IMG/VR virus record: IMGVR_UViG_3300033407_000891
Span: 1 to 48,664 of that record
Direction: 5' to 3' (one strand)
DNA from: a virus
Lineage: Duplodnaviria; Caudoviricetes
DNA length: 48,664 nt
Positions 17,147-27,061 of the stretch are shown here, piece after piece. Under the pieces are notes generated by a model, which ran no database searches, was not told the DNA's origin, and saw only the letters and a list, made by a program, of their open reading frames with translations. The position numbers were made by a program, and so were the translations under genes. How positions within the stretch are numbered: position 1 is the stretch's first letter; the number at the start of each line of letters is the position of its first letter.

Positions 17147-19085
17147 GAAGGACTCTCCTATTCAAAATCCAATAAATTGTACATCCTATTACAAAACTCC
17201 ATCCAAAAACAAACATAACTGACATAGGAACATCAAATCCTAAAATTCTCTTAAAACTATAATTATCACTGTCCCAATAAGGATGCTCGAAATCTCCTCT
17301 GATAAATGCTGCCCAATAAGGACGCCCCTCTACTCCGTTTAACCATCCATTTTCGTACCAGCGGGAGTAATAATTTGCGTTTTCATCTTTTATATAAGAT
17401 GTAGGGTCTTGTTTCGTTATATATATTCTTTCTTCTGGTATTCCGTACTGCTCCCCTAATGTATCGTGAGGGTTGACTGTGTGGTAATGTATGTTCGGAT
17501 TGTTTTGTAGTGCTCTTAATCCTTCTTCAGCTACACAATAATAAGTTTCAAAAGGAATAAAAGAGGCATCTGGAGGCATACAGTGAGTTATATTAAATTC
17601 ACTTGTTGAATTTTTTTGTAAGAGATTTGTGTATCTCTCTGAGATATTATTGTCTTGAATTGTATAAATAGAAGGAATGACAATAACAGGTGCAATATCT
17701 GAAAAGAGAAGGGAAACCCTTCTATTATTTAATTCCCCTAAATTCATTCCTTCTATTTTTTCTACCTCTCCAATCTCCTCCAAACTTTTAACTTCTCCAT
17801 TCACTACTACAATATCATCCAAAAATCCATGATTAAAGACTTCATTCCAATAAGTCCCAATAACTTCATTGTAATATTGTGTTAATATTATCTGTTGTTC
17901 CCCTGTTTCCTCTGCAATCCCTTTTAGCTCATACAACTTATCCCTCATTTTTTCCATATCATTGTTGGGGTATAAGAAATGAATTTGGAAAAGAAGAAGA
18001 AAAGATATTATAATAAAACAACTGGATAGAGAAAACCAAATAAAACCCTTTTCTTGTACATAGGAGAATCCTTTAAAAACTAAAGGTAAGAGAATAATTG
18101 GAAGGACTGTATAATATCTGTATCCTTGGGTAGAAAGATAAGTAAGAACATAAAAGATATAAACACTTGACAAAATCCAATAAAGTTTCTCTTCCCTAAA
18201 AAACTCTTTTCCCTTAAACGCCAATCCCCAGGAAAGAATAAGAATTGGAATAGCAAAGGAAATAATAAAAATAGGAATATGGGAAAATATTCTAATAGGT
18301 AAGTCTGAATAATTTAAAAGAAATATGGGAGTTAATGCACGGAAATAGTGCAAAACCCGCTCCGCCGTATAATCAATTTGTGCATCAAAAGTTAGTCCAA
18401 AAAAGCCACGAAAAACAATAGTAGAATATATAAAAAGTCCAATTAACCCACTCCAAAAAGCCTCTTTAGGTATTCCTCTCCAAAGAGTAATATTCTCCTT
18501 GTGCCTAAAAAACATTCCTAATAAATAAGTAAGTGCAACTACAAATAAGAGGGTATGATGCGATCCTATACATAAACCTCCAAAAATAATCTGAATCCAC
18601 TTCCAACCCTTCCAATTATTCCTTCTTCCCATATCCCAACTAAAAAAGAAAACTAACAATAAAAGTGCATGGAGTGGATAGCTCTCAATAACTCCAAACT
18701 GAGAGAAGGATATAGCAGAAAGAATTAAGGTAAAGGCAGCTATAGAAGAGAAATAAACATTAAGACCGCGAACCATTGCCCAATAAAAAGCAACAGAAAC
18801 AGTCAAAAGTCCAATAAAAGTATTCATCCACAAAAGTGAATCATACACAGAAACATCAAAAATTAGAAATAAATTAGACCACAAAAAGCCCAAAAAAGTA
18901 TAAACAGTTGCTCCCCCAGGATGTGCTACCCAGAAATTAGGAATAAAAGCTAAATAAATTCCAGCATCTGATGATGTCGTGGACCAAGTATGAAAGGGAG
19001 GAGTTATTAGGCGGAGAGAGACTCCTGTAATAAGTAAAAGAAAAAGTCCAGCGGAAATATTCCGCTTGGTCATTACGTTTTCCAT
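17139..19085 (-). CDS. DUF2723/TMEM260-like GT-C glycosyltransferase (putative protein O-mannosyltransferase)
   Basis: SDAGIY...VAHPGG..VY..LG and SQFGVIESY resemble the DUF2723 D-x-G-E / AHPPGYPLY / AEVY motifs; many TMs. Confidence 0.72.
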   Translation of the reverse strand: MENVMTKRNISAGLFLLLITGVSLRLITPPFHTWSTTSSDAGIYLAFIPNFWVAHPGGATVYTFLGFLWSNLFLIFDVSVYDSLLWMNTFIGLLTVSVAFYWAMVRGLNVYFSSIAAFTLILSAISFSQFGVIESYPLHALLLLVFFFSWDMGRRNNWKGWKWIQIIFGGLCIGSHHTLLFVVALTYLLGMFFRHKENITLWRGIPKEAFWSGLIGLFIYSTIVFRGFFGLTFDAQIDYTAERVLHYFRALTPIFLLNYSDLPIRIFSHIPIFIISFAIPILILSWGLAFKGKEFFREEKLYWILSSVYIFYVLTYLSTQGYRYYTVLPIILLPLVFKGFSYVQEKGFIWFSLSSCFIIISFLLLFQIHFLYPNNDMEKMRDKLYELKGIAEETGEQQIILTQYYNEVIGTYWNEVFNHGFLDDIVVVNGEVKSLEEIGEVEKIEGMNLGELNNRRVSLLFSDIAPVIVIPSIYTIQDNNISERYTNLLQKNSTSEFNITHCMPPDASFIPFETYYCVAEEGLRALQNNPNIHYHTVNPHDTLGEQYGIPEERIYITKQDPTSYIKDENANYYSRWYENGWLNGVEGRPYWAAFIRGDFEHPYWDSDNYSFKRILGFDVPMSVMFVFGWSFVIGCTIYWILNRRVLRA

Positions 19086-19409
19086 CTAATTTCTTCCCTC
19101 CAAAATTTTAATTAGTCTTTCCTCAATCCATTTTCCTATAACTAAAGCTAAATTAAGGGCACCAATTAGATACAGAAGAGAAATTAAGGCCATAAGAAAA
19201 GTAACCCAATTCTCTCCTGCACCTGTAACTCTGATATGATGAACAAAAGGCTTTATATTGTCTTGGGCCAATGTCAAGAACGGAAAAAGAAGAATAAATA
19301 TAAAAGCAGAACTAGTCCATCTAAAATAACCTCTAATTACTCCTTCCCCCTTTCTTTTTATTCTTATCTCATTCTTTTCTTCATACTTTTGCAATTCCTG
19401 CTCTATCAT
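19086..19409 (-). CDS. Two-TM membrane protein
   Basis: Two hydrophobic helices; within the glycosylation cluster. Confidence 0.7.
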   Translation of the reverse strand: MIEQELQKYEEKNEIRIKRKGEGVIRGYFRWTSSAFIFILLFPFLTLAQDNIKPFVHHIRVTGAGENWVTFLMALISLLYLIGALNLALVIGKWIEERLIKILEGRN

Positions 19410-19744
19410 ATCTTTATATTTCCTATTAGGATATTTCCTACATAATTACTAAAAGCTGCTATACATATACCTACAAAACCTGCAATTTTATAATCTAACT
19501 CAAAAACCTCAACTAAACTTAAAAGAACACCCATATTTATTAATATTCCAATTCCACCAATAAACCAAAACTTAAAACCTTTAAGTAGAAAAGTCCTTAC
19601 TCTAAATTTTGAAAAAAATCTAAATATTAAAGCCCATACTCTAAATGCGGAAAAAAGAATGGGCTCCTCATCTAACTCTTTTAATGTTTTATAATGCATA
19701 AAACTATAAACCCTCATTAAATGGAGTTCTCTTTGAGCCTGCAT
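19406..19744 (-). CDS. GtrA-like lipid-linked sugar flippase (short)
   Basis: KFWFIGGIGILINMGVL..LVE...Y.IA......A..SNY is the GtrA N-terminal signature. Confidence 0.75.
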   Translation of the reverse strand: MQAQRELHLMRVYSFMHYKTLKELDEEPILFSAFRVWALIFRFFSKFRVRTFLLKGFKFWFIGGIGILINMGVLLSLVEVFELDYKIAGFVGICIAAFSNYVGNILIGNIKI

Positions 19745-20276
19745 TTAATTTTTCTCCTAAAGAATTCAACCTTTTTACATCATTTATGATATTAGCTTTT
19801 TCTTGTTTATACCATTTTCCATCTGTCATAGACAACTTCCAAGTATTTTCTACACCTAATATATTTACTGGATGTCCTCTTTCTCCTGCATATGAGATTA
19901 ACTCCCCTGAAGAAGGAGCAAATGCAGTTTGTTTTCCTCCATCTTCTTGAAATTTAACTTTATATTCATTTATTATATCTGCTCCAGGCCATATCTGGAG
20001 AGCCTTTTCTAATGTAAGCATATTATCCTCTACAATATAATTTCCCTCTAACAACTCTACAATCTCACGAGCAATAACATACGCTCTATCCAATTCTAAA
20101 AATAAGGGAATTTTAACTGTAACTATTCTCCATTTATGCCTTACGTGACCCCATATAATTCCTACTCCAGAAGGAACTAATTGTAATCTAGTTTTTTCAG
20201 CAGAGCCAAAAGGCTTTATCCTGAAATCGTGAGTAAGATCGGTTTTTGTATATATGAGTTCTTTGTCTGTCTGCAT
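19704..20276 (-). CDS. Hypothetical soluble protein (190 aa)
   Basis: GGGGGG RBS-like site; follows the ATPase gene. Confidence 0.75.
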   Translation of the reverse strand: MQTDKELIYTKTDLTHDFRIKPFGSAEKTRLQLVPSGVGIIWGHVRHKWRIVTVKIPLFLELDRAYVIAREIVELLEGNYIVEDNMLTLEKALQIWPGADIINEYKVKFQEDGGKQTAFAPSSGELISYAGERGHPVNILGVENTWKLSMTDGKWYKQEKANIINDVKRLNSLGEKLNAGSKRTPFNEGL

Positions 20277-20309
20277 ATTTCCCCCCTTTTCTCTTGTACC
20301 CTTATTTTT

Positions 20310-20930
20310 TTATCTTGTGAACGTAGCCTTCTTCAAATACTGGGGGATTCCAGGCTTTTCTCTAGTATTATATAGAGGGAATATTTCTTTTGCATCATAA
20401 GTTAAAGTACTCCATTCCTTATATTTTCTGTTATAAATTTTTACTCTACATAAACCTGTTTTTTCATCTAAATTTGGATGTAATTCTAAATGAATATATC
20501 TTCTAACTTTCCTATCAATATCAGTTTCTTCAGGAGAAACTAAATATAAATCTGTAGCTCCTTTTCGTATTGTAGTAGCATAGGCTACAATAATCTGATT
20601 CACTAAAGAAGCAGAACGGTTAGAACCTGCTGTCAAATAGAATTCATCAAAACCGACTGTGCAGTTATCTAACTCGTTGTCTTCCATCATCCTAAGAAAT
20701 CTTCTTAAATCTACGTTACTACGGATAGCTAAAAATTCAGGGTCTTCAACTATATACCCTAATTCCCTCATTTCTTCCTTAGAAGGAAAATCTAAATGGA
20801 AATCAGAATATATTTTCTTTCCTAACAACCAATCTTCAAATAGCATTTTAGCACAAGTTACAGTTTTGCCTTTTCCTAAATTCCCTCCTATATAAACCAT
20901 CTTTCCGCCAATAAAATCTTGCATAACCAT
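20310..20930 (-). CDS. Zot/pI-like (FtsK-HerA superfamily) morphogenesis ATPase
   Basis: Walker A GNLGKGKT, IYSD, Walker B VGFDE, IRKG..DLYLVS, Arg-finger region IDRKVR; no C-terminal TM. Confidence 0.82.
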   Translation of the reverse strand: MVMQDFIGGKMVYIGGNLGKGKTVTCAKMLFEDWLLGKKIYSDFHLDFPSKEEMRELGYIVEDPEFLAIRSNVDLRRFLRMMEDNELDNCTVGFDEFYLTAGSNRSASLVNQIIVAYATTIRKGATDLYLVSPEETDIDRKVRRYIHLELHPNLDEKTGLCRVKIYNRKYKEWSTLTYDAKEIFPLYNTREKPGIPQYLKKATFTR

Positions 20931-20964
20931 TGTTACGCTTCTCCTCTTCTCCTAATCTATTCTT

Positions 20965-21423
20965 CTATAATCTCCTATCACCCTCTTCATCCTCTTCACT
21001 ATGCAATCTAATATCTCGGAGTCCATCTAACATTTCTTTTCTACCTGCCCCTTTTTCTCCTATTCCAGGAGCTAACATATATCTTATTATTCTTTTGTGT
21101 ATATCCGTATTTGCCCTTCTATCCATAGCCAACATCTGCGCTATGGCTTCTATTTGACTAGATTTAATCCTAGATAATGATATTAAATTTAATACACTAC
21201 TTTCTGTTAACTTTCCAGGAGAGCTTTCGTCATCTGCACCATCATTAAATAATACATCAAACATAGCCGTTATTGGATGTTTAGCATCTTTTTCCTGTTG
21301 AGAAGGGACGAATCCAAGACTATTTGCTCTTCTATCTGCTATTTGTTGAGCCATACTCCTAATAGGTTTTTCTTCCTCTTCTTCCTCTTCTTCTTCTACA
21401 TCTTTATTATTTATATTTACCAT
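20965..21423 (-). CDS. Hypothetical protein with poly-Glu N-terminus
   Basis: GGAG RBS; directly upstream of the ATPase. Confidence 0.75.
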   Translation of the reverse strand: MVNINNKDVEEEEEEEEEKPIRSMAQQIADRRANSLGFVPSQQEKDAKHPITAMFDVLFNDGADDESSPGKLTESSVLNLISLSRIKSSQIEAIAQMLAMDRRANTDIHKRIIRYMLAPGIGEKGAGRKEMLDGLRDIRLHSEEDEEGDRRL

Positions 21424-21441
21424 TTTATTTCTCCCTCTATT

Positions 21442-21945
21442 TTACGCAAAAGGTTTCATGTAATGTGTAGCTGCTCCAATAGCTAGAAGAATAATTCCAG
21501 CAGATATAAAAATCATTTTTAGCAGAACTTCATTGTCAACTCCTCCAAAACCTTCTAGGAATTTCTTTATAGCTTGACTTTCTACAATCTTAGTTAATTC
21601 TTCTCCTCCAATTACTCCTGCACCTAGACCTTTATCAAAGGGTTGAGGATTAGGATTTCCTTCTAAATAATATCCAGTCTTTAACCATTCATATATTCCA
21701 GGAATAATTTGCAAAGGTGTTTCTTCTGTAGAAATTTTATAATCCCAATTATATGTAGTAACTCCTACCTTAAACGCCCCTTGGTGTAATTTTACTGCGT
21801 GGGGAAATACTTTTTTATTTTCATCTCTAATAAAAGCTCTAACTTTATCCTTAAGGGACATCTTTACATAATAATAATAGGTACCTAAAACTAAAAGAAT
21901 AACTCCTAAAGTAGCTAACGCCGTGGTTAATATTTCCACGTTCAT
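21442..21945 (-). CDS. Membrane protein with N- and C-terminal TM (putative assembly factor)
   Basis: Two terminal hydrophobic helices around a soluble domain; AGGAG RBS. Confidence 0.78.
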   Translation of the reverse strand: MNVEILTTALATLGVILLVLGTYYYYVKMSLKDKVRAFIRDENKKVFPHAVKLHQGAFKVGVTTYNWDYKISTEETPLQIIPGIYEWLKTGYYLEGNPNPQPFDKGLGAGVIGGEELTKIVESQAIKKFLEGFGGVDNEVLLKMIFISAGIILLAIGAATHYMKPFA

Positions 21946-21983
21946 TCTTTTCTCCTTCTCTATTTATTATTCCAGACCTTTTT

Positions 21984-22178
21984 CTATCTATATCTAAAAA
22001 ACCAAACTCCAAAAGCAGCAAATAATAATATTAATAAAGTCCAAAAAGGAACATCTTTAGTCCAAAAAATTAAATATAGAAATCCTAAAGCTACTCCTCC
22101 TAATCCTCCATATAAATTTTTAGTTAATCCAAAACCAAAAACCCCCATTATTCCTAGGGGAATCATTATATCAATCAT
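21984..22178 (-). CDS. Small hydrophobic membrane protein
   Basis: Almost entirely hydrophobic, Gly-rich. Confidence 0.7.
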   Translation of the reverse strand: MIDIMIPLGIMGVFGFGLTKNLYGGLGGVALGFLYLIFWTKDVPFWTLLILLFAAFGVWFFRYR

Positions 22179-22185
22179 TAGTCTT

Positions 22186-22611
22186 TTACTCTTTTATTTT
22201 ACAATTTCCTATTAGGACTTCTATATTTTCCTGTTTTGCCTCTGAATTTATAGTATTTATTCCTAACATATCAAAACCCATAACTTCCCCACTAAAAATT
22301 ATAATATCTCCTATCCGAATAGAGGCCCAATCCGAATATACACAAACAACCCCATTAGATAAAATTAGTTGGGACAATATAGGCTCTTTTCTAATTACCT
22401 CTGACCTAAAAGTTACAGTATGTCCTATTCTTAAATTTTCATCTTCGACTAGACTTTTAGCGTTTCTTATCCCGTCAATTTCTGAGTTATTTTCTCCTCC
22501 TACTATTTTTTCCCCATAAACCAAAAATCCCCCTAAAGCCATAACTCCAACCAGGAAAGCTAAAACTATAAATAGCCCCCAATTCTTATTTCTTTTCTTT
22601 GACTTATACAT
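22186..22611 (-). CDS. Membrane-anchored protein with OB-fold-like domain
   Basis: N-terminal TM; G.TV.F...V and IGD.I.F.G.V.G...I..C.I pattern. Confidence 0.65.
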   Translation of the reverse strand: MYKSKKRNKNWGLFIVLAFLVGVMALGGFLVYGEKIVGGENNSEIDGIRNAKSLVEDENLRIGHTVTFRSEVIRKEPILSQLILSNGVVCVYSDWASIRIGDIIIFSGEVMGFDMLGINTINSEAKQENIEVLIGNCKIKE

Positions 22612-22612
22612 T

Positions 22613-25117
22613 TTATTCCCCCTTCAAAAGTAATCTATCCCATGTTAGATACAAGAAAACAGCAAGTAAAATTAAAGCTAAGAAAAGATTTATAATATCT
22701 AATAATCCCATAATAATCATCATAAAATACATACATAACAATCCAAATTGTATCTTAGCAGGGGGAAATAACCCAAACATAAAAGTATAACCAAGTAAAA
22801 AGAACCCTGTAGCAAAGGAAATAAATATAATTATTCTACCCTGTATTGAATCCCAACCTATAGCTTGGATTAAATTATTTAGTTGTGTTTTGATATTATC
22901 CTCTATAGTTTCCCATGTTTCAGTGATATCATAATGAAACCCTTCACCTAAAAATGTATTCAAAACTCCCGAAGTTAATCTTAGTCTTACTATTCCATCC
23001 TCATTTGTATCAGGGTCTGTAGTATTTAATTCAATTGTTTGGGTATTTGTAAAAGTTGAAGATAAAGAAGCTGTTACTAAAGAATCTAAGTCAGTTAATA
23101 ATTTAGTAGAAAAATCAGTATACACTTTAGAAGTTTGAGAACTAACTATTACTTCAACTCTATTTCCTCTTGCAATATCGGGGATATCAAGAGTAAAAGG
23201 AGGATTATTTGATAAAATTAGAGCTTTATTTTGTGTAGTTTTTGGAGTTACTTCTGTAGGAGAATCAGATAATATAGAGAACGAATTGACTTCAAATTCA
23301 TTATCTACACCTATAATTCCCCAATCTAAAGCCTCAGCTTCGGGGTCTAAAGTAAAAGTATGAGTATCAACCAACTCCTCATCTAAGTACAAATCATATT
23401 CTGTATCCGAAACAGTTTCTACTCTTAAAGTATGAATATCTCCTTCTTGAAAATTTATTGTATCCCCTACTTTTTCTGCTTCATACGTTCCATCTTGATA
23501 AGCATAAACAAATAGACTTTTTAGTCTAGGGTCTATTACATATTGCATCCCAACCCATGTTGCTACAGAAGTTTCCTCTGTCTCCTCTTTATATCTAAAA
23601 GTTAATCCTACTAAATCTGTTCCTATTTCAAATTCAGCTTCTGCAATCACAGAATCTCCTTGTTCTGTAGTTACTATTCCTCTAAGATTTGAGGCTTCAA
23701 TCTTATTTACTAAAACGCTCTCTGTGTTTGTTGTATCTTCACTATAAGCTGCAATCCCACTAAATCCTTGAGTTATAGTTCTAATCCGTGTAGCGGAAAT
23801 TGCAAAATTACTGGGATTATCTTGTTCCTGAACAAAACACAACCATTCTTCATTTGTAGAATCTGTAGCAACATATTCTATAAGTCTGATTATATGCACT
23901 ACATCTCTAGTTATGGTATATGTAACAGTTTCAGGGCCTCCTCCCGAAGCAGTAGTAGCAGTTACTAATTCATCTGAATTAGCGTCAAGGCCACAAATAA
24001 AATCTAATCCTACATCGTCTGTGGAATCGAATCCAGGGCCAACAACCCAATTATTGTCCCCAGAAGGAATAATAACTTCCATGTAGATATTATTATAATC
24101 TTCTGTCTCAGGTACTAAAGCATTAACTATATTCCCTGAAGCTCCCGAATCATTAGAAATTTCTACATAGGGCCTAGAAATATTTATATTTATACCTGAA
24201 TCTACATTTGTACTCCAAGTTAATCCACCCGTATCCGTTGTAGAGCCATCTAAATTTCCTGTTCTATCAAAAGAGTCTGTATATAAATAAGCAGGAGTAG
24301 TTAAAGATGTAAAATCAGAATTTGCAGGAATTTCCCAATCCCCCTCTCCACTCTCAAACCAACGTAACCCAGGAAAATTAACTAAATCAGGGTCATGTGC
24401 ATCTAAAGAAACAGCAGAGCTAGTTTCATTTGTAAATGAATCAAAGAAATCACGTATCAAAACTGATTTAAAAGAAAATACTCCAGAGGAAGAAAGCTGA
24501 AGGGTACGAGAATTTATATCATCTGAAGATGTATCTAGTCCTGTAATTACAATATTCTGTAATAAACCTGTCCCATCTGCTATCCAGTCAAATGTATCTT
24601 CATTTCCTGCACCATCAGAATATTGAATTTGCCAGCCACCAGGCTGCTGAGCACATAAATATATTACAGAATATCCAGAAAGGGGAATTAAATATCTGTC
24701 TAGATTTGATGACCAATCAGTTTCAATATCTCCAATAAATAGTTGTCCCTCTCCCTCTACTCCACAATTAATATCTATAAAAGGGACAATAAAAAATATC
24801 TCCGAGACATTGCCTGAACCTAAAACAGTAATATAATAAGGATATAGGGAAGATAGGTCATTTTCTATAAAATTAAAACTAATTTCATCATTAACATCTC
24901 CTGTTAATTGTTGAGATTTTAAAACACTTTCAGTTATAGAGTTTATTGCTTGTACTGTTACTTCTTCATCCTGTGGAACATGGATAGTAAAAATAACTTC
25001 TGAACCTGCTAAGGAATTTGTTTTACTAACAGATAAAATATCTCCTGTCTCCTGAGCATAAACAGGAAAAGAAAATAATAATAAAATTAAAGGGAGGAAC
25101 CAGAAAATCCTCTTCAT
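22613..25117 (-). CDS. Large exported beta-rich virion/surface protein with C-terminal TM helices
   Basis: Signal peptide (VYA-Q), acidic S/T-rich ectodomain, YTDSFDR lectin-like start, 2-3 C-terminal TMs. Confidence 0.8.
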   Translation of the reverse strand: MKRIFWFLPLILLLFSFPVYAQETGDILSVSKTNSLAGSEVIFTIHVPQDEEVTVQAINSITESVLKSQQLTGDVNDEISFNFIENDLSSLYPYYITVLGSGNVSEIFFIVPFIDINCGVEGEGQLFIGDIETDWSSNLDRYLIPLSGYSVIYLCAQQPGGWQIQYSDGAGNEDTFDWIADGTGLLQNIVITGLDTSSDDINSRTLQLSSSGVFSFKSVLIRDFFDSFTNETSSAVSLDAHDPDLVNFPGLRWFESGEGDWEIPANSDFTSLTTPAYLYTDSFDRTGNLDGSTTDTGGLTWSTNVDSGININISRPYVEISNDSGASGNIVNALVPETEDYNNIYMEVIIPSGDNNWVVGPGFDSTDDVGLDFICGLDANSDELVTATTASGGGPETVTYTITRDVVHIIRLIEYVATDSTNEEWLCFVQEQDNPSNFAISATRIRTITQGFSGIAAYSEDTTNTESVLVNKIEASNLRGIVTTEQGDSVIAEAEFEIGTDLVGLTFRYKEETEETSVATWVGMQYVIDPRLKSLFVYAYQDGTYEAEKVGDTINFQEGDIHTLRVETVSDTEYDLYLDEELVDTHTFTLDPEAEALDWGIIGVDNEFEVNSFSILSDSPTEVTPKTTQNKALILSNNPPFTLDIPDIARGNRVEVIVSSQTSKVYTDFSTKLLTDLDSLVTASLSSTFTNTQTIELNTTDPDTNEDGIVRLRLTSGVLNTFLGEGFHYDITETWETIEDNIKTQLNNLIQAIGWDSIQGRIIIFISFATGFFLLGYTFMFGLFPPAKIQFGLLCMYFMMIIMGLLDIINLFLALILLAVFLYLTWDRLLLKGE

Positions 25118-25495
25118 TTATCGCCTCACAAATTCAATAGCTCTAATACCAAAGAATAAGACTACAGGAAAAAATATTCCAATTCTAACCAACTCTGGAA
25201 TTTCAGGATTAGTTGCTAATCCAACTAATATAATTAATGGGGGGAGAAATAAAGAACCCACTACTGCATTAGAGAATGTAAATCCAGAAGCAAAACCAAA
25301 ACCAGGTAAAACAGCAGAAGCTATAATAGTTGCTACAGTAGCCAAAAATCCAAATAAAAGAAAAGTTTCTACACTACCAAAAAGTGAAGGAACAACCCCC
25401 AAATCTGGACCTACACCTAAATTAGTCAAAGTAAAGTGTAGTATGGCTAAATATATATACATAAAAACGACTGTAGGGGCAAATGCACTAGTCAT
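25118..25495 (-). CDS. Multi-TM hydrophobic protein (putative virion membrane protein)
   Basis: About four hydrophobic helices. Confidence 0.78.
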   Translation of the reverse strand: MTSAFAPTVVFMYIYLAILHFTLTNLGVGPDLGVVPSLFGSVETFLLFGFLATVATIIASAVLPGFGFASGFTFSNAVVGSLFLPPLIILVGLATNPEIPELVRIGIFFPVVLFFGIRAIEFVRR

Positions 25496-25543
25496 TATTT
25501 TTCTCTTGTTAGTTTTCTATAGGTTTGTTTTTGGGTTCTAGCC

Positions 25544-27061
25544 CTATTCTGCTTCTCGTGGTTTTATAATTTTTGTTATTCTTAAAATAATAAATACTGT
25601 TACTAACCCTACAGGAATTAATAGAAGCCACCAATCATAATACTCATAAATTACACCTACAAAAACCCCTATCAAAACAAATCCTAACATTAAATGTACA
25701 GTTCTTGTTGCTGCATATAAAACTAACCCAATAATTCCTATAATTCCTGTAGCAAATACATCTTTAGGAAGAAGAAATAAAGAAGCTATGAAGTCAGCAC
25801 CAGATTTTAAATCTTCAGAAATTACTGTTTCAGGAAAAATAGTTTGCATAAAAGTTATTTCGTCAAGGGATAAAACTCTATCCCATAGACGCATTTCATC
25901 TAATACACCTTCAAAATTCTCTCCCATAACTAAATCATTTGTATTTGTTGTTAAACTTTCAGTCCCTCCCGAAATAGCATCGTCACAAACAGGAATAGCT
26001 GCACCAAATAACCCCCTACAAAAAATTACATCTCCTGTTGTTCCATCTCTTGTTACTGTATATAGAGCAGTTACTCCCTCTTGATCTTCAATTAAACTTG
26101 ATTGGAATGGAGTATTTGTAACTCCTGGGAGATTTAATTCTATATTTTCTAAAGAGGTGGCCTTAATAGCCTGGAAGCCATCCACAAAAGCTACTACACT
26201 TTGCCCTGCTGTAGTTGAATCAGTATCAATTTCAATTCTAAGTGTTGCTGTACTAGAAGGCGATGTAGCTGTTCGGGTAACTTGTACCCATCCAGAAGTT
26301 ACCCCCGTAAGAGAGTCAGTTAGAACCTGTAATTGATTCCCTCCACTATCCCTCCACCTAATACGCAATCGGACAGTATTTATATCAAAATCTATAATGT
26401 TTATCCAAACTCCGACACTCCATATTTCTCCTTCCGACGCTGAAATATCCTGACGTATAAAGCTGATACCTGCTGCGGAAGTATCGCTGATATTAATCTT
26501 AGCGGACGCTTCACCGAATTTTGATTCTTCCTCGGACCTTGTAATTGTCCCTGTATGATTGCCGCTAACCGTAGCTGTCCAATCATCTAATGCAGGAGAA
26601 TCCTCTTCAAATGAGGAATTTAATACTTCATTTTCAACTGTTCTTAATTCATATGCTCCATCTTTTACAAATAAATTTTGTGTTCCTTCATAAAATTCTA
26701 CTGCATCAGGATTCATCCAAAAAGAAAGAGATAAATCAGAATCCAAATCCAAAGAATCAGAATCCGAAACAGTTAAATCCGCAGAACCATCAAAATAATA
26801 TGCAGTATTTGCTGGCCCAGGAGTAGGAGTTGCACCTTGTACTAAAGCATTATTTTCATTATTTGCTTCAGCAGTATCGGGTGTAACAGTTCCACTAGTG
26901 GGAGTTTCTGCAATATCTACACTTCCAGGAAATTCAGTATCAAAAGACCAATAAGATACTAAATCTTCTTGCAGGTCGATAACTGCAAAAGAAATAGTGA
27001 AAACAAAAACAGAGAGAACAGCAAAAATTATAATTAATTTTTTACTTAAGCGAGAGAGCAT
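25544..27061 (-). CDS. LamG/ConA-like jelly-roll protein with inserted CBM-like domain and C-terminal TMs
   Basis: LVSYWSFD, YFDG, LSFWMNP, FEGVLDEMRLWDRVLS (LamG); LNSSFEE...W...QDI...FVDG (CBM4/9-like). Confidence 0.82.
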   Translation of the reverse strand: MLSRLSKKLIIIFAVLSVFVFTISFAVIDLQEDLVSYWSFDTEFPGSVDIAETPTSGTVTPDTAEANNENNALVQGATPTPGPANTAYYFDGSADLTVSDSDSLDLDSDLSLSFWMNPDAVEFYEGTQNLFVKDGAYELRTVENEVLNSSFEEDSPALDDWTATVSGNHTGTITRSEEESKFGEASAKINISDTSAAGISFIRQDISASEGEIWSVGVWINIIDFDINTVRLRIRWRDSGGNQLQVLTDSLTGVTSGWVQVTRTATSPSSTATLRIEIDTDSTTAGQSVVAFVDGFQAIKATSLENIELNLPGVTNTPFQSSLIEDQEGVTALYTVTRDGTTGDVIFCRGLFGAAIPVCDDAISGGTESLTTNTNDLVMGENFEGVLDEMRLWDRVLSLDEITFMQTIFPETVISEDLKSGADFIASLFLLPKDVFATGIIGIIGLVLYAATRTVHLMLGFVLIGVFVGVIYEYYDWWLLLIPVGLVTVFIILRITKIIKPREAE

